Shown one piece after another: positions 49,310-61,700 of a stretch of DNA of 64,000 nucleotides. A program made the position numbers and the translations under genes. The notes under the pieces were generated by a model, which saw nothing but the letters and a program-made list of their open reading frames with translations, had not been told where the DNA came from and did not search any database. The stretch comes from Octopus sinensis. Its lineage: Eukaryota. The stretch is taken from the NCBI RefSeq assembly GCF_006345805.1, contig NW_021832226.1, positions 124,001 through 188,000 on the forward strand, in the 5' to 3' direction. The stretch's first letter is position 1. Each line of letters begins with the position of its first letter.

Positions 49310-50580
49310 CAATGAGGTAATGGAAATGATGGTAGAAGTTGAATCATTTTTTGACCTAGCTGAATTGGAAAGAAATGTTGAAAAATCTGCGACGAATTTC
49401 AAATCCTTGTCTATGAAAGCTTGCTTACTCGATGGGCTCTATGGGTACCGATATCTAGAGGTTCTTGAAGATAAAAATTCTAAAAATAAAGTTATGGAGA
49501 GACTTTATCTTCCAAGAAAGGAATTTGGGAGAGGCCTGGAGTCAGTTAGTAATAAGTCGGAGAGAATGCTTCTTCAATTTTATAATGATTTGAAACATTA
49601 GGCAAACTACTGCCTAAGAAAGCAAGAATTCTGCGGGTTATCAATTCAAAGAAAACGCATATGACCACTATTGCAGAAATCTTGTCTCGAAAATAAAATG
49701 AACTGAAAATATCGGACCTGGTGAAACTTCAACGTGAATATCTATGGAAAAAAATCGAAAAGAAGTTCTTGCACTCTACTTTGTTTGAATGTCTAAAGAA
49801 TACTAAAGTTGATGTGTATGAGGCTTGCGAGTGGTTAATTCATAGAAACAATTCTCCCCGGACTGAAGCAAATCTGTGCCTGTTCCAAGACCGGAACGTG
49901 TTTTTCACCAACGGAGAGAACAAATTCAGCCACTGCAACTCATCCAACAAGACCGTCGATCACCTTGCTACCAGATGTGGGCGATGCTTAATGGTCTCTA
50001 CCTTAGACGCCATAACGAAGTGATCAAATGCTTGAATTTACATCTATGTCGCCAATATGGAATTAAAAAGTCGAAAAAATTAAAAACCATTCAGTCCAAT
50101 CTGTTACCACCAATGAATTTGTGGAAATCCGAGTCAATACAAAACTCCTGACTGATAATGCTATCCCGAATAACAAGCCAGACATATTTGTTCATGACAA
50201 ATCAAGCAACACAATTACTTTTATCGAGGTGGGGATCACTTCACAAAATTGTCTCAAGCAGGTCGAAGTGGAAAAGTTCCACAAATACGACTTGCTGGCA
50301 AATGAACTGGGAGCGATCCACCAGGCGAAAGTAAAGATCGTCCCTGTCGTCATGACCTAGGACAGAATAGTGTCAAAATTCTTCAAAAACCATCTGACGG
50401 TGCTTGGCTGGAGGACAGGGTGAAGGCATACATCCAGACATTGGTGTTGCGAAGGCCTTAAAAAGCATGCAAGTCGAGACAAGGCACGGGTAGTCTCTGA
50501 ATCTAGACTGCGCGTTGACATGAATCTACCCATCCATGCACTGAACGTGGGCCCTAAGAGGTTGATGGAATAAAACAATA
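49310..50580 (+). mobile_element. RLE-type non-LTR 3' half nested in hAT
   Basis: RLYLPRKEFGRGLES, LFQDRNVF, CSHC-like TVDHLATRC zinc knuckle, RRHNEV, and NNKPDIFVHDK..IEVGIT..KFHKYDLLANEL. Confidence 0.88.
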
Positions 50581-51299
50581 CAAATAACGGAAACGGAAAC
50601 TGAATAACTATTAATTATCTCTCAAAAAAGATAAAGATATTTTGCAAGAAGAGTTATTATTTGCAAAATTTTTTGATGATGATTTTATTTTGGAGGAAAA
50701 TTTTTTAAGAATCCAGGAAGAATTTAAATTGCTTAATTCCTGCAAAATTCATAGAAAAAATATTTTCTATTCAAATTGGATTTTTATGACCACACTTTTG
50801 ATGACAACGATCTGAAAATTTATGAATTTTATTTTATTTATAGATTCTTTGGAAAAAGATTTGAAAAAAAGATTTGAAGATTTAATTAATTTGAACTTCC
50901 CTGATTGGATGATTACTCATTGGGTGCCCATTCATTATGATTCTGATGATGAATGTCAAGAAGAATTGATAGAACTAGAAAACGACGAAGAACTCAATAT
51001 ATAATTAAAAAATGAAAACCTGACACAATTCTGGAGAGAAAAATCTATAAAAATGAAATTCCCGAAATTATGGGAAAAAATTCGAAATTTTAGTTGAACT
51101 GCTGACGTGATTCCTAAAACAAATGTCTTTTTCACACGTTTCGAATAATGAGTTCACTTTGGCGTCATTCAATGTCTGAGGTTTAAAAGAAGAGCTGAAA
51201 AGGGAGGATTTGACACATGATTTAACATCATATAAGACTAAAGTGAAGGATGCAGTTGAGGATAATTACGGAGAGTATAGAGTCATACTGATAAACTCC

Positions 51300-51540
51300 G
51301 AATGTAGCCACTACGGACTTAGCTTTGCTATACATCGCTGTCTTGATGGGAGAGTCCACAGAGTATGGAGGGTCAATGGAAGGCCCAGGGTCACTCTCCC
51401 TGTTGCACTAAACAAGGATCTCAACGGAATTGGAAGAAAACTTGGATGTGCTGACGACCTTGAAGACCTACGACCCCGATGGAGACGCCTGGTGAACAAG
51501 ATTTCTGAACGTGCGGCACAAACGGGTCCTTAGCTAATTT
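51300..51540 (+). mobile_element. Possible RTE-like LINE 3' tip
   Basis: GRPRVTLPVALNKDL...LEDL..RWRRLV resembles the C-terminal motif of RTE-clade ORFs. GC is higher than the flanks. Confidence 0.45.
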
Positions 51541-51977
51541 AACATTTCTTTGGTTCTGTGTACGTGCTATTAATAATGGGAAAAAATGATGCCAATAATA
51601 TTATGTTTTCCTAAATCATACGGCGTAAAGAGAGGATTCAGTACCCTGAATAGTATGATCGGAAAAAAGAAACAAACTAAACATACATTTCAGTACTCTG
51701 AATAGTATGATGTAGAAGAAAGAGAATTACAATTACGAAAAGAAGTACAAATTTTGTCAATCTTCATTAACCGCAAGGATCTTATTAAAAATCTTATTTT
51801 TAAATAAAAAATATTTCTAATCTAATGAAATAAGGGGGCGATACAAAAATAAAAGTCGAGAACCACTGCTTTATCGTATGATCTTTAAAGATTGCAACCG
51901 AACTTTAAATTATAAGCAAACAAGGCTAACGAAGCCAATTAATAAGCTAACTTTAAAATAAAAATAAAAAACAAATA

Positions 51978-52969
51978 TTAGACAAGTAATACAGAATTAA
52001 TACACCCATCATTTTCAGGATTGTTAGTAACCTGTGCATATTTTCCTAAATAACTAGAAAACAGCATTCAAACCCCAAACAACTTTCCCCGACTGAGTGA
52101 CAAGTCCCAATTCCGAAACATTGACTTCCAGTATTGTCCCTTTAGTAATAATGCCCAATGATGTATAAGTCAATGAATTCGGATTCTTCTTCACTCCAAT
52201 AATGGGTAAAAAAAATGTAGTTTTTAGTTCAGGGTGAGTCACGTGTGCCTTCTTGTACCGAAGTGCCATCGGACGAATAAATCTTTCATATTTTGGAGGT
52301 TTTCTGGTAAAATCCTCGGGAACGAAACACGCTTTTGTCACCATTCGTTTCCACGATTTTTCTAAAATATAAATACAAAAATTGCTTTTTCTTTTCCCCG
52401 TTCGAACGACACGAAATGTCTCGGAGTCTCCAACTGCGGCGACCTTAGGCAGAGGAACGTTCCATTTCCCCTAAAAAAGATTTACCTCGAATATTATACA
52501 GCTTTTTCTTTTCGTTTTTGTTTGACCATATTTGAAAGGCCTTTAGACATTGACTGGGTCCCACGATCAAGCAGATAATTAGGAATGGCGCCTTTTTCAG
52601 TTTCTGGAGGATTTGTGTGTTTAGAAAGTTTTTCTTGATGTTTTTTAATTCTATTTTAATCAATAATTATAATTTAAATACGTTTTTTGTAGTTGTATTT
52701 TCTCAAGTCTGCGTTTCCGATTGTATAATTTTGCTCTAATAAATAATATAAATTCACAATATAAGTGAACTTGATTCCACGTAGATTTTTGGCTTTTTTT
52801 GATAAAGTATGAGCTTGTCTCGCTATTTTCTTTCGTCTGTATTATTAATGAAGCTATTTTAATACTTTCGTTCATCATAATCAAGTTGTTTCCCGTATCT
52901 TTTTGTGTATAACTCGATATGGTTGTTTTGACCCTAACAGCAGTTAGTATTTTAACAATTTAAAACCAT
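51978..52969 (-). CDS. NSA2: Ribosome biogenesis protein NSA2
   Basis: M|[22 protein letters not shown] ... [41 protein letters not shown] ... [21 protein letters not shown]. Confidence 0.96.
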
Positions 52970-53089
52970 TATCTAAGTTCAACAAAGACACGTTTTTCAC
53001 GTTAAATTTAAAATTTTATAAACAAATTTAATTGATTTATATAATATCAATAAAAATATTTAATTAACAGAAAATGAATAAGGGATGAT

Positions 53090-53800
53090 AAACCCTTTTT
53101 TATGTGATTTGAGGGCGTATGGAGGACTCACTATTGACAGTGACCACAGAATTGGCATCTCAATATTCAATTATTAAAGTGATTGTCAGACTTTCGGCTA
53201 TGTAATTCAATACACCAAATTCAGCAGGAGATTCTTCTTCCCAAAACATTTAATGGGAATCCCATAGAACCAAGAAAGCCTGCACTTATTACCAAAACTA
53301 CGGGCAGAATATTAAAACTGTGTTTTAGAAATATAGGAATCGAGTCACATCCTACAGGTAGAGCATGGCTTGAAACTGTAAGAGAAATACTTTCCTCGGC
53401 AAATAAGCATTTTGGACAACCGAAACACACTATTTCAGCCAGATGAGCCAATCCTTTCGAAATTACAGAAGGAAATGAATATCAGATCTGAAAATACTTG
53501 TTTTAAACAGAAACACGGATGAAAACTAGTCTAAAGATTGTTTAATAGCTTGATTGTGAATTACTAAAGGGATACTAATTTATGTCCAGAAAGAAAATAT
53601 ATCCGCAGAGAACCCTCTTGAAAAGATTATTCTCCTAGTTGTCATTAATCGGTGAAAGGCCCAGCGGACGAATGCTTAGTTCAGAATCAAAGTGGTATGG
53701 TAATTGCATATGATAATGATGTGGATTTTGCTTTAAATGACAAGGATCTTCAAGTTGTGCCAGAACAACAGGCAAAAGACTCTTGAAAGTCGACAAGAAA
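53090..53800 (+). mobile_element. Possible heavily degraded Gypsy-like pol (protease-RT) remnant
   Basis: LRAYGGLTI..FGYVI and VIAYDND loosely recall protease-end and RT YxDD regions, with many stops. Weak. Confidence 0.25.
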
Positions 53801-54416
53801 GACGATCATTTTCAAAATTTTTTAGTAATGACGTTTTTATATTTGATCAATAACCCTACCATTTGTTTTCTCTACGATTTTTTTTATAAAGAGTAAAAGA
53901 CACACTGTAATTTTGTAATTGAAAAAGTTTGCAACTGGTTACGTTGATATCCGTAAAGAATCTTATATTTTGTTAAACAAAAAATAGAAAGTAAAAGCGC
54001 TAAAGCCCATGCCGTAAAATATCTAGTCAACTATTTCTCAAAGGAAATTTTCGTATTTAAGAACTATTAATTCAGCTGAAGCAAGTTTTATCCTTTTTTA
54101 GACTTGCAGTTTAAAAAGTTTAAAAATAAACAAAGGCTAATACAAAGACGAATTTACCTATGAGATTTATTAAGTAATCGTTTATTTAGAAAATAGGATT
54201 AGAATTGATTGTTTGATATTTTTTTAATGTAACGATAGAGTTTTCTTTTTGAATCAAGTGAAGATACAAAAATAATGAGTTCAAATAAAAGAAATAGTTT
54301 TCTTCCCGTTTTCATCAGAATTGATTTTGTCTATAAAATTATTTAAATATTTTTATTTTTTCTATTTTGGGTATTTCATTGCAATACGCCGAATTATAAA
54401 CACCTTTCTTGTGGGT

Positions 54417-55387
54417 ATGCCTCGTCTTTGCACTGAATCGTTTGGATATAACTACAAAATTCGCGAATTCCTGCTAAAAGATTTTGAAAAATTATTATGT
54501 GATTTCGAAAATCAACAAGATTCACATTCTTTTAAATCTTTTGCGAATCTTTGGAAAACCCACGGCCTTTCTCAGATTTTTGTTGGCGACTTTATGCGAT
54601 CCGAATTACACGAAGTTGTTATTAACTATTTATTAAGTTCATTGAACTATGTTTTACTTCTACATTCAAAATTATGAATTCTTCTGACTCCTTCGTCTTA
54701 AAAATGGGAGCTGCCTTCTTGCTATATTCTCTGTATCATCAACAACCACCACTACCTAAAGCAAAAGTAAATTTTATGTGCTTTTTAAAATCAGATTCGC
54801 ATTAGTCCTTACGAAGTTTCAGCTCTTCTAAATTTATTAGCCCAGGCCACGGAAACGGGATACTTTGAGGCCGTGTACATAATCAACAAACTTAGAGTCG
54901 AACAATGTTTCATGATATGTCACACAGTCAGTGAAGTTATTTTTTGCGTTCAAATTACGATAGAACATTATTGAGACGTTTGACTCTAAGGCCTATAATA
55001 AGGTAGAACAGATTTCTCAAGCTTTCGTTGGAATGGACTTTTCTGCTCAAGCTGTTTTTGATGTATAGATATATTTGGACTCTTCGTAGGAGATTACTGC
55101 AGTTCATGATAATTATAAATGTGCTAAGGATGCTCTTACAGGTCAGAAGGATGATCTACTAAGAGTTGAATCGTCGATAGTTGATCAGCTTTCCGAGTAT
55201 TTTATTATAATTTAAGTTATTAGGATATATCAGGATTCCAATTCCAAAAGCTCAATTACAAAAAATAAAGTATTTGTTAATTTCAATTTAGCTCTATAAA
55301 TTATTTCGGGACGATGCTGACCTCGATGTAAATTTTTTTCCATCAGAAGTTGTAAATATTGACGAGAATCACTCTAATGAGTCATGA
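54417..55387 (+). CDS. SNAPC1: snRNA-activating protein complex subunit 1 (SNAP43)
   Basis: DFEKLLCDF..FKSFANLWK..IFVG..KMGAAFLLYSLYHQQP..KIRIS..FEAVYIINKLR matches the SNAPC1 N-terminal domain. Micro-introns splice to an open frame. Confidence 0.85.
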
Positions 55388-55946
55388 TTTCAATTTTATT
55401 ATAATTTTTATTAGTGTTATTCTTCTTTGATGAGTTAAATAAAATTGTGTTTTTTGTCAGGACTAAGTTAAATTAAGGCAAAAATAATTAAATAAAAACC
55501 TCCAAACCTTCTTTAAATTTCATTGAATTGTAATGTATCATATTTATTTTATGAACATCGGTTTTAACAATTTATATAAACGTCGATTTAAGTTTACAAA
55601 AAATTTATTCTCAAAAATCAATTTATTCAAGGAAAAGGATCAAATTAACATTTATGTGCATTCTTTTTGATACTTTTTTTGTAGAAAAATCATTACGTGA
55701 TCAACGTGTACAACGTGAATTCATTATCTTATTGTTTTTGATACTATTACTGTTTTCAGTCTTTTGTGTAAAAAAATAAGCTTCTGACGTTTAAATAAAG
55801 TAATACTTTCCTATTTCGCATAGCAAATTGTTTCCAATTGAATATTTTTTGGTTTCCTTAAAGCATCTTTAATTTTTTAAATTTTCCATAAATGTTTGAT
55901 TGGAGTGAGGTCTGGCAATTTATATTTGGCCATTCGAAAACATTTA

Positions 55947-57417
55947 CAGTAAAACCTCTGGTGCTCGCCATTTTCGGGACCAAAGAAAAAATGGCGAGCA
56001 ATAGAATTTGGCGAGCAATGGAAATAATCAATAAATTTTTTGATTTTGAAATTTTGAAAACATCTCGGTTTCCGATACTTTTCGATCATAAGTGAGCCTT
56101 CCAAGTCATATTTGAGTAAAGCAACAAAGAGAATCGAAGGAAATTAAAAGGAAAAATTAACTAAAAAATCTTTAATAGTTTTTTTAATTCAGCCATATTT
56201 CTAATAACGGTGTCGATTAGTTCCAACGAATTTATATCAAAATTTTCATTTTGATAAAAGAATGACTTTATTCTTTTCAACATTTTCAAAGCCTCTTCTG
56301 AATTCACGTGAGATTCGTCATTATGAGTATCTTCATCGTCATATTTTTGTGGGAAAGAATCTCCAGCAACATTAAGGTAATCTTCAATTTCATATATTTC
56401 GGTAAATTCATGATTATTAAAATCATCTTTATCCACCGGGTCCAATATTTTCAAGATATTTACCATTTGATCATAATTATCAATTTCAACAGTTTGTCTT
56501 TCGAGTTGATTTTCACATTCGATCCATTTTGAATGTCCGAAACAATTTGTAATTGTTTTGGTCGTTACTTTTTTCCAGGCAAAATATGTAAAAAGAAGAC
56601 CGTCTTTTAAGGTTAATTTTTTATGAGCTTCCAGTGGATTTTCTCCATTATCAATTTTTTCTAACATAAACTCAAATTTAAGTTTATTAAAATGTCCTTT
56701 GAAGGATCTAATGATTCCTTGATCCATTGGTTGTAGAATTGTTGTAGTCTTCGAAGGTAGGTAAAGAACTTCAATTGACTCTAAATCAGCGTAAAGTTTA
56801 TGGGATGGGCATCGATCCACAACTAAAAGAATTTTTCGTTTTTTTAGATGCCTATTCCATGTTAAAAGCCATTCGTTAAAAATTTTTCTTGTCATCCATG
56901 CTTTTGGTGAATGACAGTAATCGACAAAATTTTCGACTTAAAAATTTTTAAAGCAGCGAGGTTTCTGGAACTTTCCAATCATAGGTGGAATTTTTTTTCT
57001 CTGTCCCAGTCATATTTGAGCATAGCAACAAAGAAAATCTAAAAAATAAATAAATATTAAACCGTTCTTTAAGGATTTTATGTCCATATCGAACCTTCTG
57101 ACAAACACTTTTTGAAGGGATAGATTTGTAAAAAATCCCAGTTTCATCAGCGTTATAAATGTTTTCAGCATTATATTGTTGAATCTTTGCAGAGATCAAA
57201 GAAGTAAATGCATCAATTTCTTGTTTCTGATCAACTTTTATATAAAAAATAGTTTAACCAAAAAAAATATTTTTAAAAATTAATGGCGAGATTTAGAAAA
57301 TGGCGAGCAATAGAATATTTATCAAAATTTACTAGAAATGTTTAATTTTTTAAAAAATATGTGGCGAGCAATAGAGGTGGCGAGTAACAGAGGTGGCGAG
57401 CACCAGAGGTTTTACTG
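55947..57417 (-). mobile_element. pogo/Tigger-like element (DDE_1), 5' internally deleted
   Basis: Perfect 24-bp TIR CAGTAAAACCTCTGGTGCTCGCCA with TA on both sides and subterminal TGGCGAGCAATAGA repeats. IYNADETG, VVDRCPSH and LQPMDQGII motifs are present. Confidence 0.93.
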
Positions 57418-57779
57418 TATTTCGTTTCTTGGTAACTATTCAATAGTCATTTTTGAGTTTTATTTTGGACTGCTATCATGCTAGAATGTTCAGTGTTTTT
57501 TCAAATTTAATTTATTAACCGAATGTAATTCTTCCAGGAATTCTCAATATTTGAGCAAATTTATTATCCCATCTATTACGAATAGTTCATCGACGATTGT
57601 TGATAAAAACCTGTCTGAAAAGTTGCATTTTTGATTTGACAAACTATAAAATATTGTATATGAATTTATTTTTTAGTTACAGAAATATTTGGCATATTTA
57701 ATTTGTGCAGAAACGTATATTTCTTTAATAACGGGACACAGGACAGGATAACCCGCATGCTTAAACCATTTTCTCCGGA

Positions 57780-57895
57780 CAATAACCAGAAGAGAGTATT
57801 CTTGGCTCCTGGAACGTCTGTCGATTGCTGTGATCCGAGGGAACGGCTTCGCCATTCGCGAGGCTGGCCGGTTGTCTCGTGAGGCCTTTAATTAG
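57780..57895 (+). mobile_element. CRE-like 3' tip
   Basis: REYSWLLERLSIAVIRGNGFAIREAG..*. Confidence 0.65.
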
Positions 57896-57959
57896 CTTGG
57901 CTATCTTTTTACTTTTAGATATCGTTTTTCGTGAAAAAAAAAATGTTTGGTTATTTCTA

Positions 57960-58362
57960 CATACAGATTACTTCCAAAGTGGAAATAACCAGAAGAGAAT
58001 TCACGACTTGGTAGCTACGAAGGCAATCAGATGTCTTGGAATAAACAAGCTTCTGGGACGCATTCCGCCACCAATAAACAACAACGAATCCTCCCTCTCG
58101 AGAGAAGCCCGAGTGAACTTGACCCGTCTCCCCTGTGTCCATCATATTGGACTACGCAATTATCGTCGAAAAATAGGCCTTGCCGAATCCACGCATTCCC
58201 ACTCTCTCAGTGACTTTTTCTTGTGTCCAGGCCCACCTTCCGCTTCCTCAAAACACCGGATCGCGATTGGGGACCTTGGGAGCGTCCGACATTGACAATT
58301 TCGTTCTTGTTAGCCACCGGTTTCTTTCAATTGACGGGGCCGGGGGTAAATAAATAAATAAG
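57960..58362 (+). mobile_element. LINE 3' fragment (I/Jockey-group-like C-terminus)
   Basis: IHDLV..AI..NKLLGRIPPPI..E..LSR.ARVNLTRL..LRNYRRKI..H...FF.CP. A GC-rich 3' hairpin at 58315-58347 precedes a (TAAA)3 tail. Confidence 0.65.
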
Positions 58363-58751
58363 GATAGATTTCTTTTATTGATACCTTCATCGCGCAGTAT
58401 AGAAATAATTATACAAAAGAACACTTATGTCTCTTTAATCTTTAAACCATCCGGCAAGTTTTATCAAGTAATTCTTGGTTGTTTACCGACTATTCTTTGT
58501 ATTAAAAAGCAAGAACGTTCAGTTTTTTTCCTCTGAGCACCTGATCATGCTAGATTAATAACAGTTCCGTGCTGATTCCATCGGGTAATAATATCCCAAA
58601 CAGTACTTTTTGGCAATTTCAGCAATTTAGAAATTTCTCCTAACTTTTATTTTTTTAGGCCGTTAAAACTCGTTGTTTTAAGTCCAAAATGCTCTTCCCT
58701 TACCGGTATGATACTTTATCAAACATTTTTTGATGAAGTGTATTATTATTA

Positions 58752-61700
58752 TGTGACATGGGCGGCTGGATACGTATGGGCAACCGGTTACCTGACGTGA
58801 CCTTGAAGCTTAACTTAATGTCAATATTGTAATTAATATTAAACTTCAAAGAATAATAACTTGTTAATATTTTTTAAGTCTGGACATTGGCACAATCGAA
58901 ATTTTGCTCATCGAATTTTTTATCTATTAAATTTAAATGTTTAAACTACCTCAACGCGATTGTTCGATAAAATACTGATAATTTCTGCAGATGGATAATA
59001 TGGAGATTCAAACTTATCCAGTCGCAACGAAGGATTTGTTCCAAAGTCTTTTTTAACTCGAACCTAAACATTAATTTTTATGCATACCTTATCACCAACA
59101 CTAAATTCATACTTACTATTGTGAACATTCATTTTTCTGTTCATCGCTTTGTAATAATTAGAATTAGGATCAATGGGGTTGATTTCGAACTGAAATCTTT
59201 TCGGACTTGTAAACGAATAATTACAGTCATCTACATATAGAAATTCAAATTACATGAATTTTCAATTGGACTCGGACAATTGTTTGCATCATCGACTTGA
59301 TCAGGACTCACAAATCATTACTTGAATTATCTAAGGAATAATTTTATAATTACAACCATAAAATATTGTATTTATTCCACTTATTCCACGGTATCTTTCA
59401 AAAGGGCTCTCATTAGAAGATGAGTGGACAGAAATGTTATAACTGTACACTGCATTTTCTAATTTTTCCAGCCACTTTTTATTATCATTGTCGATCATTT
59501 TTGCCATTTTTCTTGTAATTGACTGGTTGAAGCGTTCGACAATCCCTGTGAGCGGGGATTGTTTGGCCTTCCGTGAATTCGTTTGATATTGAATTCCTCA
59601 CATAGATTGGTCATTTCACGATTCTTGAATTCAGTCCCATTATCGGACTGAAGAAATTGACACGGACCATTTAAGAAAAATAATGATCTAAGGTTTTCAC
59701 AAACTTCATTTGAGGACTTAGTGTAGAGCAGCCTCGCAAATGCAAATCTATAAAAATTGTTAAAAAAACTAACCTGCTATATACGTCAATGACCGTTAAA
59801 ATCCATTTAAAATTTTTATTTATAGTAGAAAAACTTTTCAGATCTATAAGATCTATCTGAAATCTTTCATTTGGGCAAGATGCAAAGACATAGTTATTTA
59901 TATCTCCAATCTAGGATTTAAAAAAGTTAAAACTTTTAAGGGTCGCGCAAATTTACAAATTTCACAGTTTCGAATGACTTTTCGAATAATCTCGTTTTTA
60001 ACTGTGAAATATCGTTGTCGACATTCATATTCAATTTTGTTAACTCCTCCATGCGAGAAGTCATGCAAACTATTAGCAACGATCTCCATTTCGGGTTCAT
60101 TGTCTAGACCAGTGGTTCTCAACCTTTTTTGTCCGCGGACCCCTTGTGAGTAAATGAAAAATTTCGCGGACCCCCTACATATTTATTAAGTTGTTTGTCA
60201 AAAAAAATTTACTTATCTAAAAACAAAATTTATTATTAAATCAATAGAGAAAATTAGTGAGAAGGCTGATATTGTTTTTTCGAGGCAATTTTTTCAATAA
60301 GAGGCTCGGTTGTCGACAAGCAAACCCTGATGTCATCTTCAATATTAAGTCTTGCGCGATTATTATTTTTTATATTGGGAAGTGCTGAGAAGCCATGTTC
60401 GCATAAATATGTTGTCGGGAATATAAGCAACAAATTTAATGCATTTGCGCTTACGGAAGGATAATGCTTACACATTTCGCACCAAAATCTTGATAAAGCA
60501 AGTTTTTCATACAAATCTCTTGCGTTTGAATTATTGATCATGTCAATAAAAGCCTCTTCGATATTTTCATCGACCAAACGTGGATCAACACTGAATGGTG
60601 TACGAATGAATTTCAAATCAATTTCGTTCAATTCTGGAAAGTATTTATTTACTTCTTGTTGAAGATATGTTAAATGTGCATAAATAAGTTCGGTTATTTT
60701 TTTGATTTCAAATGCATCTATATTTACAGATTGTTCTTCAAAAGATTCAAACATAGTAAAATTATTTAGTTTTACTTTTTCTTTCCACAGTGTTAACTTC
60801 ATCAAAAAAGCACTAATAATTAATATGAAACAGTTAACAAACTTAATTTTATCCACAAATCAATTATTGTTTCATGTCTTCCCTGAAGCGATTTGTTGAG
60901 TGAATTTATACGAGAGAAGACATCTCTCAAGTAAGCAAGTTTAGATAGCCATGAACTATCCATTAATTTCGAAATAAATTTCGATGATTTGGAATTGTTT
61001 TCGCGAATAAAATATTCAGATAATTCATTCCTCAAAGAAAAAACTCTGGCAAGAATGTTTCCCCGAGATAGCCATCTCACCTCAGTGTGGAATAACAAAG
61101 CCTTTCCATCCTTTTCAAATTCTTCGCAAATAAGTCTGAAAATGCGCGAATTTAAAGCACTCTTTTTAATATAATTTATGATATGTACGACATCATCGAG
61201 AACATATCTTAAATCTGAAGGTAATGTTTTTGCAGCAAGTGCATATCGATGTAGCATACAATGCATATGTTTCGTTTCCTGGTTAGCAAGTCTAACTTGG
61301 CCTCTAAAGCCAGAATGAAAGCCAAGCATTTCTGGAGCTCCATCGGTTGTGCAACAACATACATTATTCCAAGATAACCCAACACAGTCAAAAAACATAG
61401 AAATTGCTTAAAAAATATCTTCTCCTTTAGTGGTCGATTCAAGCGAATAGGAAAATAAAAATTCCTTTTTCGTTTTTCGGCAATATTATGAGGTTTCTTT
61501 TCTTTCGCATAACGTAATGAGATCATGTAAGATGCTAATAGCATGGAATTATCAGAAGGCAAAGTTTGTATGAAACGAGTCAATACTTGATTTTTCATCA
61601 TTTTACGCAAAGAAATAAAATAATCCTTATTTTTGTGGATTAGATGGGGATTACATGTGCGCAAGTGTCTCACAAGAGTTGTTGGTTTCATGCTATTGTG

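Larger units (their letters stand above)
48887..51868 (+). mobile_element. hAT element with nested retroelement fragments
   Basis: TIRs CAGTGGTTCTC / GAGAACCACTG with 8-bp TSD CTTTATCG (48879-48886, 51869-51876). Transposase remnant LKKRFEDL..QEELIELEND..FPKLWE at 50822-51100. Confidence 0.9.
55840..58740 (-). mobile_element. Degraded Tc1 that hosts several later insertions
   Basis: Minus-strand pieces in the correct order: HTH EISKLLKLPKSTVWDII (58.6 kb), a degenerate catalytic region (57.4-57.7 kb) and PDLTPIKHLW (55.9 kb). Confidence 0.6.

Noticed and set aside
57725-57780. Second twin-priming inversion ahead of the CRE tip (minus strand KHAGYPVL)
   Set aside because: No TSD was found and the putative inverted piece is not contiguous with the 3' part. 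Too short to support.
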